The position numbers and the translations under genes are program-made. This document shows positions 1 to 9,933 of a stretch of 64,000 bases of DNA, piece by piece (within the stretch, counting starts at the first letter, position 1; every line of letters starts with the position of its first letter). This DNA is from Promethearchaeota archaeon. Its GTDB lineage: Archaea; Asgardarchaeota; Lokiarchaeia; Sigyniarchaeales; SOKP01. The notes under the pieces were generated by a model. The model worked only from the letters and a program-made list of their open reading frames with translations. It had not been told where the DNA came from and did not search any database. Where the stretch lies: assembly GCA_019058245.1 (NCBI GenBank), contig JAHPZJ010000006.1, forward strand, positions 32,001 to 96,000, given 5' to 3'.

Positions 1-1
1 G

Positions 2-301
2 ATTACGGCTAATCTTGAATCTTATCCTTCTCTTGAAAAAATCAAGGAAATATTAAATGGTTATTCTAACGAAGTATATTTCATGAATGCAACAGAACTG
101 TCTTTAAATAACTTTAACACCAATCAATATGTTAATTTAATAATGCTTGGATTTGCTATTCCTACGAGTAAAATTCCATTTATCGAGATTGAACATTATG
201 AAGAAGTAATTAAAGAATGGCTCCGGGATCCAGACTCAAATATAAAAGCCTTACATCTGGGATTAGAAAAAGGGAAAAAGATCATTAATAGTGCCAACTA
301 A
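2..301 (+). CDS. Indolepyruvate/2-oxoacid:ferredoxin oxidoreductase beta (IorB-like) subunit, 5'-truncated by window
   Basis: Frame is open from nt 2 (ITANLESYPSLEKIKEIL...MNATELS...NLIMLGFA...NIKALHLG). The YP..e.i, N..MLG and N.kA...G pattern matches the IorB C-terminal half. Confidence 0.7.
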   Translation: MTANLESYPSLEKIKEILNGYSNEVYFMNATELSLNNFNTNQYVNLIMLGFAIPTSKIPFIEIEHYEEVIKEWLRDPDSNIKALHLGLEKGKKIINSAN

Positions 302-422
302 AACAAATACGTCATGGAAGAATAAGATTAAAAAATTTGAATTTGAAAAAAGATGCAAAAATTATTAAAAATCTACAGAGACATACGACATAAAAATAAT
401 TATTTACAGAATTCATTTAAGA

Positions 423-593
423 ATGAGTTTCGAAAATTATATCATAGAGATAATTAAAGAAACAGGTCTTTCAAGAAAAGAACTACAAAAAATGGTTATA
501 CAGAAAAATAAAAAACTATCTGGAGCTGTGTCCATTAAAAAAGCTTTGTTTATCATTGCAAAAGAACTATGCGTTGATTTAAGTTCTTCTTGA
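423..593 (+). CDS. 56-aa small protein resembling the N-terminal helical domain of archaeal RPA (DUF2240-like)
   Basis: Not in the ORF track. Translated by hand: MSFENYIIEIIKETGLSRKELQKMVIQKNKKLSGAVSIKKALFIIAKELCVDLSSS*, with a GLS..E...SG.VS...ALFIIAKEL.VD signature. Confidence 0.65.
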   Translation: MSFENYIIEIIKETGLSRKELQKMVIQKNKKLSGAVSIKKALFIIAKELCVDLSSS

Positions 594-682
594 ATTGTTG
601 ATCAAAAGTTTAAAAAAAGAATATATTTAAACAATTTATACATTGAATTATTTATCTAAATACAATTGGTTTTCTACTAAAT

Positions 683-1543
683 TTGAATGTAATAATAATC
701 TATTTTTCCCAAACTAAGAATACTGAAAAAATAGCCTATAAGATTCAAAACGGTATTTTAGAGAATGGAAATCATTGTAGAATTGAAAAAATTAAAGATG
801 TCGATATAGAAATATTAAAGAATTTCGATATAATAGGATTAGGAACTCCAACGTTTTTTTATAGAGAACCTCGTAATGTAGAAATATTCATAAAAGAATT
901 ACCAATTATGAAAGATAAACATTGTTTTCTCTTCTGTACTCATGGTAGCCTAATAGGAAATACGTTTTTCCGTATGAGTGAGGCACTGAAAAACAAAGGT
1001 CTTGTAGTAATTGGTACATTTGATACTTATGCATCATCTTCTATTCAGTTTTATCCCACTCCCATGCATACTGAAGGTCATCCTGATGAAATTGAGTTTA
1101 AACAAGCTTATCAATTTGGTAAAGAGATCTGTGGGATTAGTGAAAGAATCCGACAAGGTGAATTGAATTTAATTCCTGAATTTGAAATTATATCAGATAC
1201 TTGGTGGGCTCGTGAGTCAGAGCGTTTGACTTTAGAGGTTTTAAGAAAAATATCACCTGAATTTAAAATAAATACAGATAAATGCAAAAGATGTTTAATT
1301 TGTCAAGAAAGTTGTCCTGTTGGCGCAATTGATGTTGAAGTTGAACCTCCAGAGATACAAAAAGAAGGATGCATATTTTGTTGGGCTTGTGAAAAATTAT
1401 GTCCAGTTGGAGCAATTGAAACAAACTGGGATTTAATGAAAAATGGTGCGGCGAAAAATTTATTAAGATATATTGAGGTCCTGAAAAATGCCGAAGAAAA
1501 AGGAAAATTTAGACCTTATATTGATTATAAAAAAATATATTAA
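683..1543 (+). CDS. EFR1-type flavodoxin-ferredoxin fusion
   Basis: N-terminal flavodoxin motif YFSQTKNT; two CxxCxxCxxxCP 4Fe-4S motifs (CKRCLICQESCP, CIFCWACEKLCP). Confidence 0.85.
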   Translation: MNVIIIYFSQTKNTEKIAYKIQNGILENGNHCRIEKIKDVDIEILKNFDIIGLGTPTFFYREPRNVEIFIKELPIMKDKHCFLFCTHGSLIGNTFFRMSEALKNKGLVVIGTFDTYASSSIQFYPTPMHTEGHPDEIEFKQAYQFGKEICGISERIRQGELNLIPEFEIISDTWWARESERLTLEVLRKISPEFKINTDKCKRCLICQESCPVGAIDVEVEPPEIQKEGCIFCWACEKLCPVGAIETNWDLMKNGAAKNLLRYIEVLKNAEEKGKFRPYIDYKKIY

Positions 1544-1833
1544 TTTTATGGAGAAAGTGCTTTTTTACTTTAACAATCATCAATCAATATTAACTCTTAA
1601 TCATTGTATTTTCTTATAAAACATAGTGAAAAAAGAAAAGAGATCCATTTTTTGAATAAATAGTTTTGGGAGCTCAATTTGAAATTTATACTTATATCTT
1701 TTCACAGATAAATTAATCTACTAAATATTTGGATAATAAAAAGTACCATATTATTTTTAGAAATTTTTTAAATAAAGGAATAGTATATACTTTATTCTAG
1801 AGGACAAAATATTAATTATTCAATAAATCCAAT

Positions 1834-4491
1834 ATGCTCTTTACAGAAGTTTTAAAAAGAAAAAGTGAAAAAAAAAAGAATTTTATCTCAAATAGTAAAC
1901 TTAATTTATTTTCTATAGCAAAGTATATTAATAGAGAGATTTATCTCGAATCTTGGCTTCGATCTAAGGGAATATATCAATTACCAATTCTGGAAAAATA
2001 TTCATTAAACCATAATATTCTCAAAGTAAAAGTATTAATCTATAAGATCATTTATGCCTCAGTTTTTTGCATTCTACCTCTTGTACCAATATTTACCTAT
2101 ATAAGGACGGTTGAAAATCTTTTAATTTTTGATGTTTCTATAGATAAAATAGTATTGATTGGTGGAATAATCTTTTCATTATTCTTTGGCTTACAATTTT
2201 TTAATTTCTTTTTAATGGGTTTATTAGAATCTGGTATAATTTTTTCAGGTAGACATATTAAATGGTTTGAAACTTTTCCAATTCCAAGAGATAAGTTAAG
2301 AAAATTATCTTTTTTAACCCTTTTCCGAACTTTTGATATTCCAATAGTAGTTATAATATTAGCATTACCAATTACAATATTCATTTTAACTCAAAGCATA
2401 CTTGTTTTTTTCGTATCTCTCATAGTTTCAATATTGAATCTTATATTTTGTTTTGATATCGTTATTATATTTGGAGAAAGACTTAATAGAATCTCAAATT
2501 TTAATGAGACTAGTTCTAAACGAGGATTTATTATTCAAGTTATCCATAATCTAAGTCATGTGATAATAATTCTTGGAGGAATTTATATGATCCAGTGGTT
2601 ATTATTTTCACTTGATAATTTTGTCAACAAAATTAAAGAAATTAATGACATTTCAAAATTTGTTACCGTTATTAGTATGATACCATATCCAATTAATCCA
2701 AGTTGTTTAATCTCGTTTTTTATTGTGAATAAACAAATGCCTATGGTTTTCTGTATTACGCTCTTTATTGGATTAATAATATTTATATGTTTAAGTTGCT
2801 TAATTCATTTACGAGCATCAGAATCTCTTGAAAGGACTACCTATTCTAAATTTAAAGAAATCAAAAGAGGAGTTAGAACTAACTCGTTCACAGAAGAGAT
2901 CCAAGTCAATATTAAAACACGATCGCCAACGATAGCTTACCTACGAAAAGATTTATCTTTTGCTCTGAGAGATCTTAAAACATTTTCAGCTATGATAACA
3001 CCAATACTGTTTTCATGTATTTCTATATTCTTTTTTAATCTTAATAGTATCACCGAAAAAGCCATGATAGAGAGAGATTATTCTTTTAATTTGATAGGCC
3101 TGTTAATTTTTCTTCCAGTTATCTCAATAATGATAGTAAATGGCATAGTAAACATAGAAACTTCTGGAGAATCTATTCTTGCTTCATTACCTGTCAATCA
3201 TCGCCAACGAGCTAAAGCGAAGATAATTTTATTAATTTTTCTTCAAACTCTTGCTGTTTTTTGTCCAGTCTTACTATTTATTTCTTCAAACAAATTCTTA
3301 AGTTTACTGTTAGCAGTAATAACTTGCCTACCGTTTAGCTGGATTATTATTCTTCTGACATTTAATCTTAGAATTCTATTTTTCAGTAAATTTAGAAGTT
3401 ATTATGTTATTGAAGAGGTTAATCCAGAAAGACGATATCAAAAATGGGGCTTAATTATAGCAATTCAATATCTTGTATTATACGGAATAATATTTTGCTA
3501 CATTATGGCTTATTTCCGTATAGAATTTCTTAGTTTAATTTATTTGTTAATTTTAGGTTCGATTATATTGCTATTCTTTACTATCCTTCTATTTAATAAA
3601 ATTTTTCCAAATACTCCAAAATTAAAAACTCTCCCTAAATTTAGACCTGAATCTATAAAAGAAGTTAAAATTACATATTTTTCAAATAATCCAAGGATAG
3701 CTCTTCTTGTATTAATAACATTGTATTATGGGACCCTTACCCTATTAAGCTTTTTAATTCAATCATTTTTCCGTTATTTTTATTCTTATCAAGATCTTGA
3801 TTGGTGGTTAGTATTTTTAATATTATCTATATATAATTTAAGTTTTATAGTAGTAATTACTATTATAATTACTAAAATCATTAAATTACAAACTGAAATT
3901 CACCCAATCCACCAATATTTGCCTGGTTTTAAAATTGGTTGGCCTAAAACACGGTTAAAATATTTTTTTTGGATTCTTCTAGTTCTATTTTTTGTATTTT
4001 CAACAATAAATTCATTATATCTTTCTTCGCATAGCCATATGATAGATTTCAATTATTACATCAATATTTTTAATATAAGTTTAATATTCTCCAATATATT
4101 TTGGCAAGAAATAATTTTTCATGGTATTATTTTAACAATTTTTTTAGATATCTATAATGCCAAAAAAGCAATATTATTTGATAATTTATTATTTTCCCTT
4201 TTTTCTAGTATACCGGTATTTTTATTTATTTTTAAAAATCTATCGTATATGTCATTTAGTTCTTTATTTATTGTTATATTTTTTTATGCTAGCTTTTTTG
4301 TACCAATTATTTTTACTATAAGTTCTTTATTTGCATATTTAAGTTTTAAAGCGAATAGTGTTTTACCAGCCATACTACTCCAGTTTATTTTATTCTTAGC
4401 TATTATATCTCATTTTACTTTAATTTCATCTTTTTTCTTATTATTCTTTTTTCCGCAAATATCATTAGGCTCTATAGGTCCTATATATTAA
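1834..4491 (+). CDS. Polytopic membrane protein: ABC-2-type permease-like region fused to a degenerate CPBP (CAAX protease-like) domain
   Basis: Many TM segments; permease-like motifs (F..PI...L, RKDL...LRD, IE..G..ILASLP); C-terminal WQEIIFHG resembling the CPBP EExxFRG motif. Confidence 0.6.
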   Translation: MLFTEVLKRKSEKKKNFISNSKLNLFSIAKYINREIYLESWLRSKGIYQLPILEKYSLNHNILKVKVLIYKIIYASVFCILPLVPIFTYIRTVENLLIFDVSIDKIVLIGGIIFSLFFGLQFFNFFLMGLLESGIIFSGRHIKWFETFPIPRDKLRKLSFLTLFRTFDIPIVVIILALPITIFILTQSILVFFVSLIVSILNLIFCFDIVIIFGERLNRISNFNETSSKRGFIIQVIHNLSHVIIILGGIYMIQWLLFSLDNFVNKIKEINDISKFVTVISMIPYPINPSCLISFFIVNKQMPMVFCITLFIGLIIFICLSCLIHLRASESLERTTYSKFKEIKRGVRTNSFTEEIQVNIKTRSPTIAYLRKDLSFALRDLKTFSAMITPILFSCISIFFFNLNSITEKAMIERDYSFNLIGLLIFLPVISIMIVNGIVNIETSGESILASLPVNHRQRAKAKIILLIFLQTLAVFCPVLLFISSNKFLSLLLAVITCLPFSWIIILLTFNLRILFFSKFRSYYVIEEVNPERRYQKWGLIIAIQYLVLYGIIFCYIMAYFRIEFLSLIYLLILGSIILLFFTILLFNKIFPNTPKLKTLPKFRPESIKEVKITYFSNNPRIALLVLITLYYGTLTLLSFLIQSFFRYFYSYQDLDWWLVFLILSIYNLSFIVVITIIITKIIKLQTEIHPIHQYLPGFKIGWPKTRLKYFFWILLVLFFVFSTINSLYLSSHSHMIDFNYYINIFNISLIFSNIFWQEIIFHGIILTIFLDIYNAKKAILFDNLLFSLFSSIPVFLFIFKNLSYMSFSSLFIVIFFYASFFVPIIFTISSLFAYLSFKANSVLPAILLQFILFLAIISHFTLISSFFLLFFFPQISLGSIGPIY

Positions 4492-4751
4492 TGATGAACA
4501 GTTTTTGTATATAATCACTTTGTAGAAAACTATGTTATAATATAACAGACTATAAAATACGAATAATTATATCAGAAACGACAAAATATGTCGTCTACTT
4601 AAAATTTCTATACACCAAAATTTGGTGAAATTAAATAATAAGTTTTTAAAATCAGTAGAATAATGAAAGTGATGAAACAATAAGTAGAATATAGTATTTT
4701 GCTTCTAAATATTAAAAACTAAAAAATATTATAAAAACAAAATTTTTCTAT

Positions 4752-5021
4752 CTATAAAGGAAACACTTTCTCGGCTTCTTCCTCATCGAACTCTAATTCT
4801 CTCAATCGAATCCTTATTTCTCGAGGAGTAAAAGAAGATTTTAAGATTTCTAGAACATTTTTATGCAACGCTTTTAAATTATCAACCGCAGCTGCATGAT
4901 AAAAATTGTTCTCATTAAAATTTATCGTGATAATGTCATTTAACCCTGCCAAGGCTTCTCGAATCTTTTTGTAATTGTTCATTACTCTATCCAACTTTTC
5001 TTCATTTTTGTATAATTCCAT
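4752..5021 (-). CDS. Hypothetical helical protein (89 aa)
   Basis: Clean ORF; GAGGA SD-like sequence and a TTTATATA box upstream on the minus strand. Confidence 0.7.
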   Translation of the reverse strand: MELYKNEEKLDRVMNNYKKIREALAGLNDIITINFNENNFYHAAAVDNLKALHKNVLEILKSSFTPREIRIRLRELEFDEEEAEKVFPL

Positions 5022-5088
5022 CTTATTTCCTCGTTTACTTTTTTGTTTTACAATTTATGAAAATAAAAAACGGTATATAAAATTGACG

Positions 5089-5519
5089 GTTTTCGATCAT
5101 AATGTTGCGGTATAACGATCAATGCTTTACATAATTCCTCCAGAATTAATGAATATAATAAATAATTTTATCAATTCAAGTCATTTAGAATTCGATAGAA
5201 TGGTTGTTTTTAGTTACTGAAAAGGGCAATTGTGATCGATTCCGCCGGTAGTCAATAGGTTGATGTCTACTTCTGATCATTTTTTGGTCGTCAAATGACT
5301 GAGAAGTTACTATCCAAATTAGAGTTTGCATTTTTCAGTCAAGTATAATCCGATTTTATTTCTTTAGGTCTAGATTGAAATTAATAAAATTACTATTTTG
5401 TCAAAAAAAATATAAATAAAATCCAGAATAATTTTTTCGTCATTTTGTTGCAATAAATAATATTATAAATTCAATTATGACCTTTTCCGTACTTTTTAGG
5501 AAGAATTATGACTGAAAAC
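5089..5519. repeat. Array of TGACTGAAAA-like motifs bounded by a 13/15 inverted repeat in a divergent intergenic region
   Basis: GTTTTCGATCATAAT (5089-5103) vs ATTATGACTGAAAAC (5505-5519); internal copies at 5214-5223, 5296-5305 and 5332-5341 (reverse). Confidence 0.5.
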
Positions 5520-5528
5520 ATTTAAATA
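5512..5528 (+). promoter_or_regulatory. Putative BRE-TATA promoter for the 5606 gene
   Basis: CTGAAAACA followed by TTTAAATA about 80 nt upstream of the ATG. Confidence 0.45.
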
Positions 5529-5605
5529 TGAGAGTGATAATTAATGGATCAGTAAAAAAATATAAAAAAATAAAAAATAAAAATCAAAAAAATAGGAAGT
5601 GAGTA

Positions 5606-5953
5606 ATGAAAATGGAACAAATTTCGAAAATAGAAGAAAAGGTTGAAAAGCTCACAGATATAAAGCGAACTCAAATTTATGAGTATGCTCGGAAGGTGAG
5701 TCATGAGACACTAGAGGAGATATGCCCAGCACTTTTACGTTTGGCATTGAATTCAGAGAAGGGAAAGCTCAAAAATCAATTGGGAATGGTAATTTTTCAT
5801 TTGCAGAAAAATGAGCGTATAAATACGCTAATAGGGCTTCAAAAGCTCATTGATGCGGCATTAATAGTTGCCCCTGAAGAGATGTTTAAGATTTTTGAGA
5901 GTTCCGAGGCAGATGCTCAGGAATTAGCCAGAAACATAAAAAAGATATTATAG
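5606..5953 (+). CDS. Hypothetical all-alpha protein (115 aa)
   Basis: Clean ORF, GGAAGTGA SD-like site upstream, T-run after the stop. Confidence 0.75.
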   Translation: MKMEQISKIEEKVEKLTDIKRTQIYEYARKVSHETLEEICPALLRLALNSEKGKLKNQLGMVIFHLQKNERINTLIGLQKLIDAALIVAPEEMFKIFESSEADAQELARNIKKIL

Positions 5954-5960
5954 TTTTTTT
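5954..5960 (+). terminator. Oligo-T archaeal terminator candidate
   Basis: T7 run immediately after the TAG stop. Confidence 0.4.
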
Positions 5961-6321
5961 ATTACTATTTCTTTTATATTGATTTTATCAGGTATTAGAT
6001 ATCAGTATCTTAAGATAAATCCTAGGATAATATCATTATTGATATGAACTTAGATGAATTTCAATCGAGATTATATAAATTCCTTCAATTAGGTGATATT
6101 GATGGAATGGCAATTCATACTGATTAACCTATTAGGAATCCTAATTATAATATTGGTTATATTTTAATAGTTTCTGGATTTTTAATAGCAGGTTATGGAA
6201 ATTATAAATGTAATATTAATTGGAATACAAATTGATTTACTTTTAATATTTTGAAAAATAGGATAACTTTTAAATACTATGTAGAAATAACAAGTAATAG
6301 CAATCTTAGAGGAAAAAAGTC

Positions 6322-8325
6322 ATGGCTTATTTCAAGAATGTTATTTTAGTTAAAGCAGAAGGAGATTTTTTTGACGCTAGCTTTTTTGAAGCGAACATTC
6401 CTATTTGTTATCTTAGTGCAGTCATAAAAGATCACGTGAATTCCATTACAATGCCTATGGATATGCGTATAGATCTTAGACCATTTGAAAAATATGAGAA
6501 TTATTTGATAAAAATGGAAAAAGAAAGTAGAAAATGCGATCTTGTTGGAATTTCAACTATGACAGCGTCATTTCCTAATGCTATAAAACTTGCTAGGATT
6601 GCAAAAAAACATGGTGCCTATGTTGTAGTAGGCGGTTATCACCCTTCTGCTCTTCCTGAAGCAATGTTTGATGTCCCAGAAATTGATGCTGTTATTCGGG
6701 GAGAAGGAGAAATGACTTTCAAGGAATTAGTCCTTAACGGTCCCTCAACTCTTGTTAAAGGTTTGAGCTTCAGAGATGAAAATGGGGTTATTTACCATAA
6801 TCCAGATCGCGAGAAAATAATTGATCTCGACATATTGCCCTTTCCAGATAGAGATTTACGCCCAAATAATCCTATCTTTAATAAACACGAGGTTGTAGTT
6901 ACATCACGTGGTTGTAATGGTGTTTGTACGTTTTGCGCAAATAATACTGTTCATGGTCAATGGCGAGGTCGTTCACCGGAAAATGTTGTCGCAGAATTGA
7001 AAATGTTATATGAAAAAAATCCAGACTTATCCACAGTCCATATATGGGACGCAAATTTTATGCAGGATGGTGAAAGAGTAGCCAATATCATTAATCTCAT
7101 CAAGAAGAATGACATTCACTTTAAATACTTCTGTGAAATGCGCGTAGATCATATAAATAAGTATCCGGATTTAATTGAAGGATTATCAGAAATAGGAATG
7201 GAATGGATCGCAATTGGAATAGAGAGCCCTAATCAAGAGCGATTAAAGAGATTAAAAAAAGGGATTACTGTTTCTGGTGTGGAAAAAGCTATAAAAATTT
7301 TGAAAGATAATAAAATCAAAATTGTTGGGTATTTAATGATAGGCGATTCTGAAGAGACAGTGGAACAAATAAAAGAATATCCTGTATATGCAACGAGAGT
7401 TGGCGTGGACAAGATCATGTTAGCCATACAGACACCACATCCAGGAAGCTTATTATACAAGGAGATGGAGAAAGAAGGATTAATAACTTCATATGAATGG
7501 GAAAAATACGATATAGGTCATTCAGTAGCAAAATTGAAATATCTGACGAACTATGAATGCGAGGTTCTCATGGATTGGTGCTGGGGAAAGTATTATAGCC
7601 CTGATTGGGCATTTTCACGTGATAAATCACTAAAAAAAGCGCTTTTTAGTTATTTAGCTTTTGTTTGGATTGGTTATACTGGCTTTTTCGTTCATGCAAG
7701 ACCTAAAGAAACCGTCGAAGAGAATTTGAAAGCCTATATCTCAGCAATGCGCGGTTATTATGATTTTAGAAAGTATGAATATACAGATGCAGACTATCTT
7801 GATGACCTAAGGGGATGTAATTTTCAATTAACTTTTAGTTTCAGTGATGGAGATGAAATTTCTCTAGTGGTTTCAATAGATAAAAACAGTAAGCTAGTAT
7901 TTGAACTATTTAATGGAAAGAGAAAAGATGTGTTTCTCGATTTTACTATTAAATCAAAAGATTTCATTGATATTATTAGATGTTTACCCCTACAAATTAC
8001 CTCGCTCGTGCATTGGGCGGGTTTCAACTTTAACAACTTGAAAGCAAATATTCAAGTTTTCAAAACCTTCTCATCCATGTTTATTAAAGCAGTTAGGTTG
8101 AATACGATAAATTATAAAAGAGCATTAAAATATTTGGTTGTAGGAACAAAATTTTTCCCTAAGAATTTTTATAAACTAATTAGAGAAGAAATCTCAATTT
8201 TCAACAATAAAAAGAAAATTGGAGCACATAATGGCAGTCTGAGGAAGAATTTGGCATGTTCGGTAAAAAATATTTTATATAAAGTAATAATGTTTCCTTT
8301 CACGGTTCTCGTTCCTGTCGAATAA
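6322..8325 (+). CDS. Cobalamin-binding (class B) radical SAM protein with C-terminal extension (possible SCP2-like lipid-binding domain)
   Basis: B12-domain motifs GGYHPS and GEGE; SRGCNGVCTFC (CxxxCxxC); GIES; TPHPGS; about 200 aa of extra C-terminal sequence. Confidence 0.85.
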   Translation: MAYFKNVILVKAEGDFFDASFFEANIPICYLSAVIKDHVNSITMPMDMRIDLRPFEKYENYLIKMEKESRKCDLVGISTMTASFPNAIKLARIAKKHGAYVVVGGYHPSALPEAMFDVPEIDAVIRGEGEMTFKELVLNGPSTLVKGLSFRDENGVIYHNPDREKIIDLDILPFPDRDLRPNNPIFNKHEVVVTSRGCNGVCTFCANNTVHGQWRGRSPENVVAELKMLYEKNPDLSTVHIWDANFMQDGERVANIINLIKKNDIHFKYFCEMRVDHINKYPDLIEGLSEIGMEWIAIGIESPNQERLKRLKKGITVSGVEKAIKILKDNKIKIVGYLMIGDSEETVEQIKEYPVYATRVGVDKIMLAIQTPHPGSLLYKEMEKEGLITSYEWEKYDIGHSVAKLKYLTNYECEVLMDWCWGKYYSPDWAFSRDKSLKKALFSYLAFVWIGYTGFFVHARPKETVEENLKAYISAMRGYYDFRKYEYTDADYLDDLRGCNFQLTFSFSDGDEISLVVSIDKNSKLVFELFNGKRKDVFLDFTIKSKDFIDIIRCLPLQITSLVHWAGFNFNNLKANIQVFKTFSSMFIKAVRLNTINYKRALKYLVVGTKFFPKNFYKLIREEISIFNNKKKIGAHNGSLRKNLACSVKNILYKVIMFPFTVLVPVE

Positions 8326-8529
8326 AATCTGATCAATTTTCACTTATGATATGTTTTTTATAAGCAATTATACAATTATTCTGTAATACACAATCAGTTA
8401 GATCTCTGATAATTAGGATAAATTTCTCTTGAGAATGATTAAAAGGGAATAATTATTTGACTTTTCTACTCTCATTGTTAATTAAAACATTATATATTCT
8501 TAAATAAATCTATATATTTTACATAAAAT

Positions 8530-9690
8530 TTATTTTATATAATTTGAATCATGTTCTTTTAAGGCATCTGTTAGAACTAAGCATATTTTCTTTAAAAGGT
8601 TGGTATCGATTTTTTCAATAGTATCATTAGTAGTATGCATATACTCATGTGGTTCAACACCCCCAATTCCATATCCTTGAAAACCCTTATCCCCTAAAAA
8701 ACCACCATCGGAATGAGTCCCGAAAACTCTTTTCGTAATATAATGATGGATCTTAAGATTTCTTTTATTGTTTAGAATTAAGCGATCAATGTTTTTTGCA
8801 TGATCACCTTCTTTTCCTCCAGGAAAAATAAATGCTCGTTTTGCGATTGATTCAAAATTGAAAATTATCGATTTTTCAGGGACAAAATTTTCCAGTTTAT
8901 TATAAAAATGCCTAATCCCCATTGTTCCGCATTCTTCAGCACCAGTAAAAAGAAACCAAAGATTAAGATTTTCTAATCTGTTTTCTGGATTAGCATAGTG
9001 ATTAACAAGTTCTAAATTACAGGTTATACCTGAAGCGTTGTCAATAGCACCATCAGAACTATTATCTGTAATATTAAGAGCCATCAATGAAGTAGCTAAG
9101 ATATTTAATATCAAAGGTAATAACCCAATTATATAAAAAATTACTTCAAATTCTCTTAACACATAATTCTTAAGGATTATAAAAATAGATGAAAAAATTG
9201 ATGAGAAGATCCAAAGCTTAATTATTCTTATGCGTGTTTTAACTTTGAATCTTTGACCCTTGGAATCCAAATGACTCATAAACAAGGCAATTCTATCATT
9301 ATTCTTAATATTACCTGATAAAGATTTAATCTTTACAAGAAGGTTCTGTGAACGTAATTTGGAAAAAAAATGAATATTTTCCGGATTTCTGGTTAATATT
9401 ATAGATGCAATCAATATACTTAGTAATATTAATATTAAAATTAAGGATATAATTATCAAAATTTTCAAGTAAAGCAGAAAAAGAATTAAAGTAACGGATA
9501 AAAATGCTATTTTAGGATATATCCTCGAATAAAACGAACTGAATGTGAACTTTTGAATTTCATATTCAAGATTTAAATCCTCTACTTCCTTTTTTAGCAT
9601 GTTAAAAGCTTTAAGTTCAAATTCCGTTCCTGATAATCGAGGAAAAGCAAATTTTTTAAGATTCTCTTTAATTCGGGATTCTTTAATCAT
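8530..9690 (-). CDS. Membrane-embedded M28 family metallopeptidase
   Basis: SHLDS, GAIDNASG, GAEECG, HSDG and HTTNDT motifs; two inserted TM hairpins. Confidence 0.85.
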   Translation of the reverse strand: MIKESRIKENLKKFAFPRLSGTEFELKAFNMLKKEVEDLNLEYEIQKFTFSSFYSRIYPKIAFLSVTLILFLLYLKILIIISLILILILLSILIASIILTRNPENIHFFSKLRSQNLLVKIKSLSGNIKNNDRIALFMSHLDSKGQRFKVKTRIRIIKLWIFSSIFSSIFIILKNYVLREFEVIFYIIGLLPLILNILATSLMALNITDNSSDGAIDNASGITCNLELVNHYANPENRLENLNLWFLFTGAEECGTMGIRHFYNKLENFVPEKSIIFNFESIAKRAFIFPGGKEGDHAKNIDRLILNNKRNLKIHHYITKRVFGTHSDGGFLGDKGFQGYGIGGVEPHEYMHTTNDTIEKIDTNLLKKICLVLTDALKEHDSNYIK

Positions 9691-9933
9691 ACGCCTAATA
9701 GAATTTAAGATGTTTTTGAATCACGTAAAAATATCAAGGTATCTTTTAAATGATTCACAGATGAGAAAAGAAATTTTGTAAAATAATAATACTTTTAGGT
9801 TATATCTAAATTCTTTTTTTCTGAGTATTTTCTAAAGCTGATTCAAAAAAAATATCTATAAAAGTCTTAAGAGTGAAAAAAATAGGTGGGAGAGTGTATT
9901 AAAATTTCATACTTACTTCTAAATTCCTTAAAA

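Noticed and set aside
4576-4630. Two small hairpins (ACGACA/TGTCGT; CACCAA/TTGGTG) as SECIS or sRNA
   Set aside because: Six-bp stems only and no upstream selenoprotein; at most terminator-associated structure between convergent genes.
5089-5519. Replication origin (ORB array) or CRISPR array
   Set aside because: Motifs do not match the ORB consensus, no cdc6/orc1 is adjacent, and repeats are short, irregularly spaced and in both orientations.
6044-6235. Possible gene remnant (MNLDEFQ...HTD*PIRNPNYNIGYILIVSGFLIAGYG...)
   Set aside because: Short, has an internal TAA and no recognisable family; cannot be supported without a homology search.
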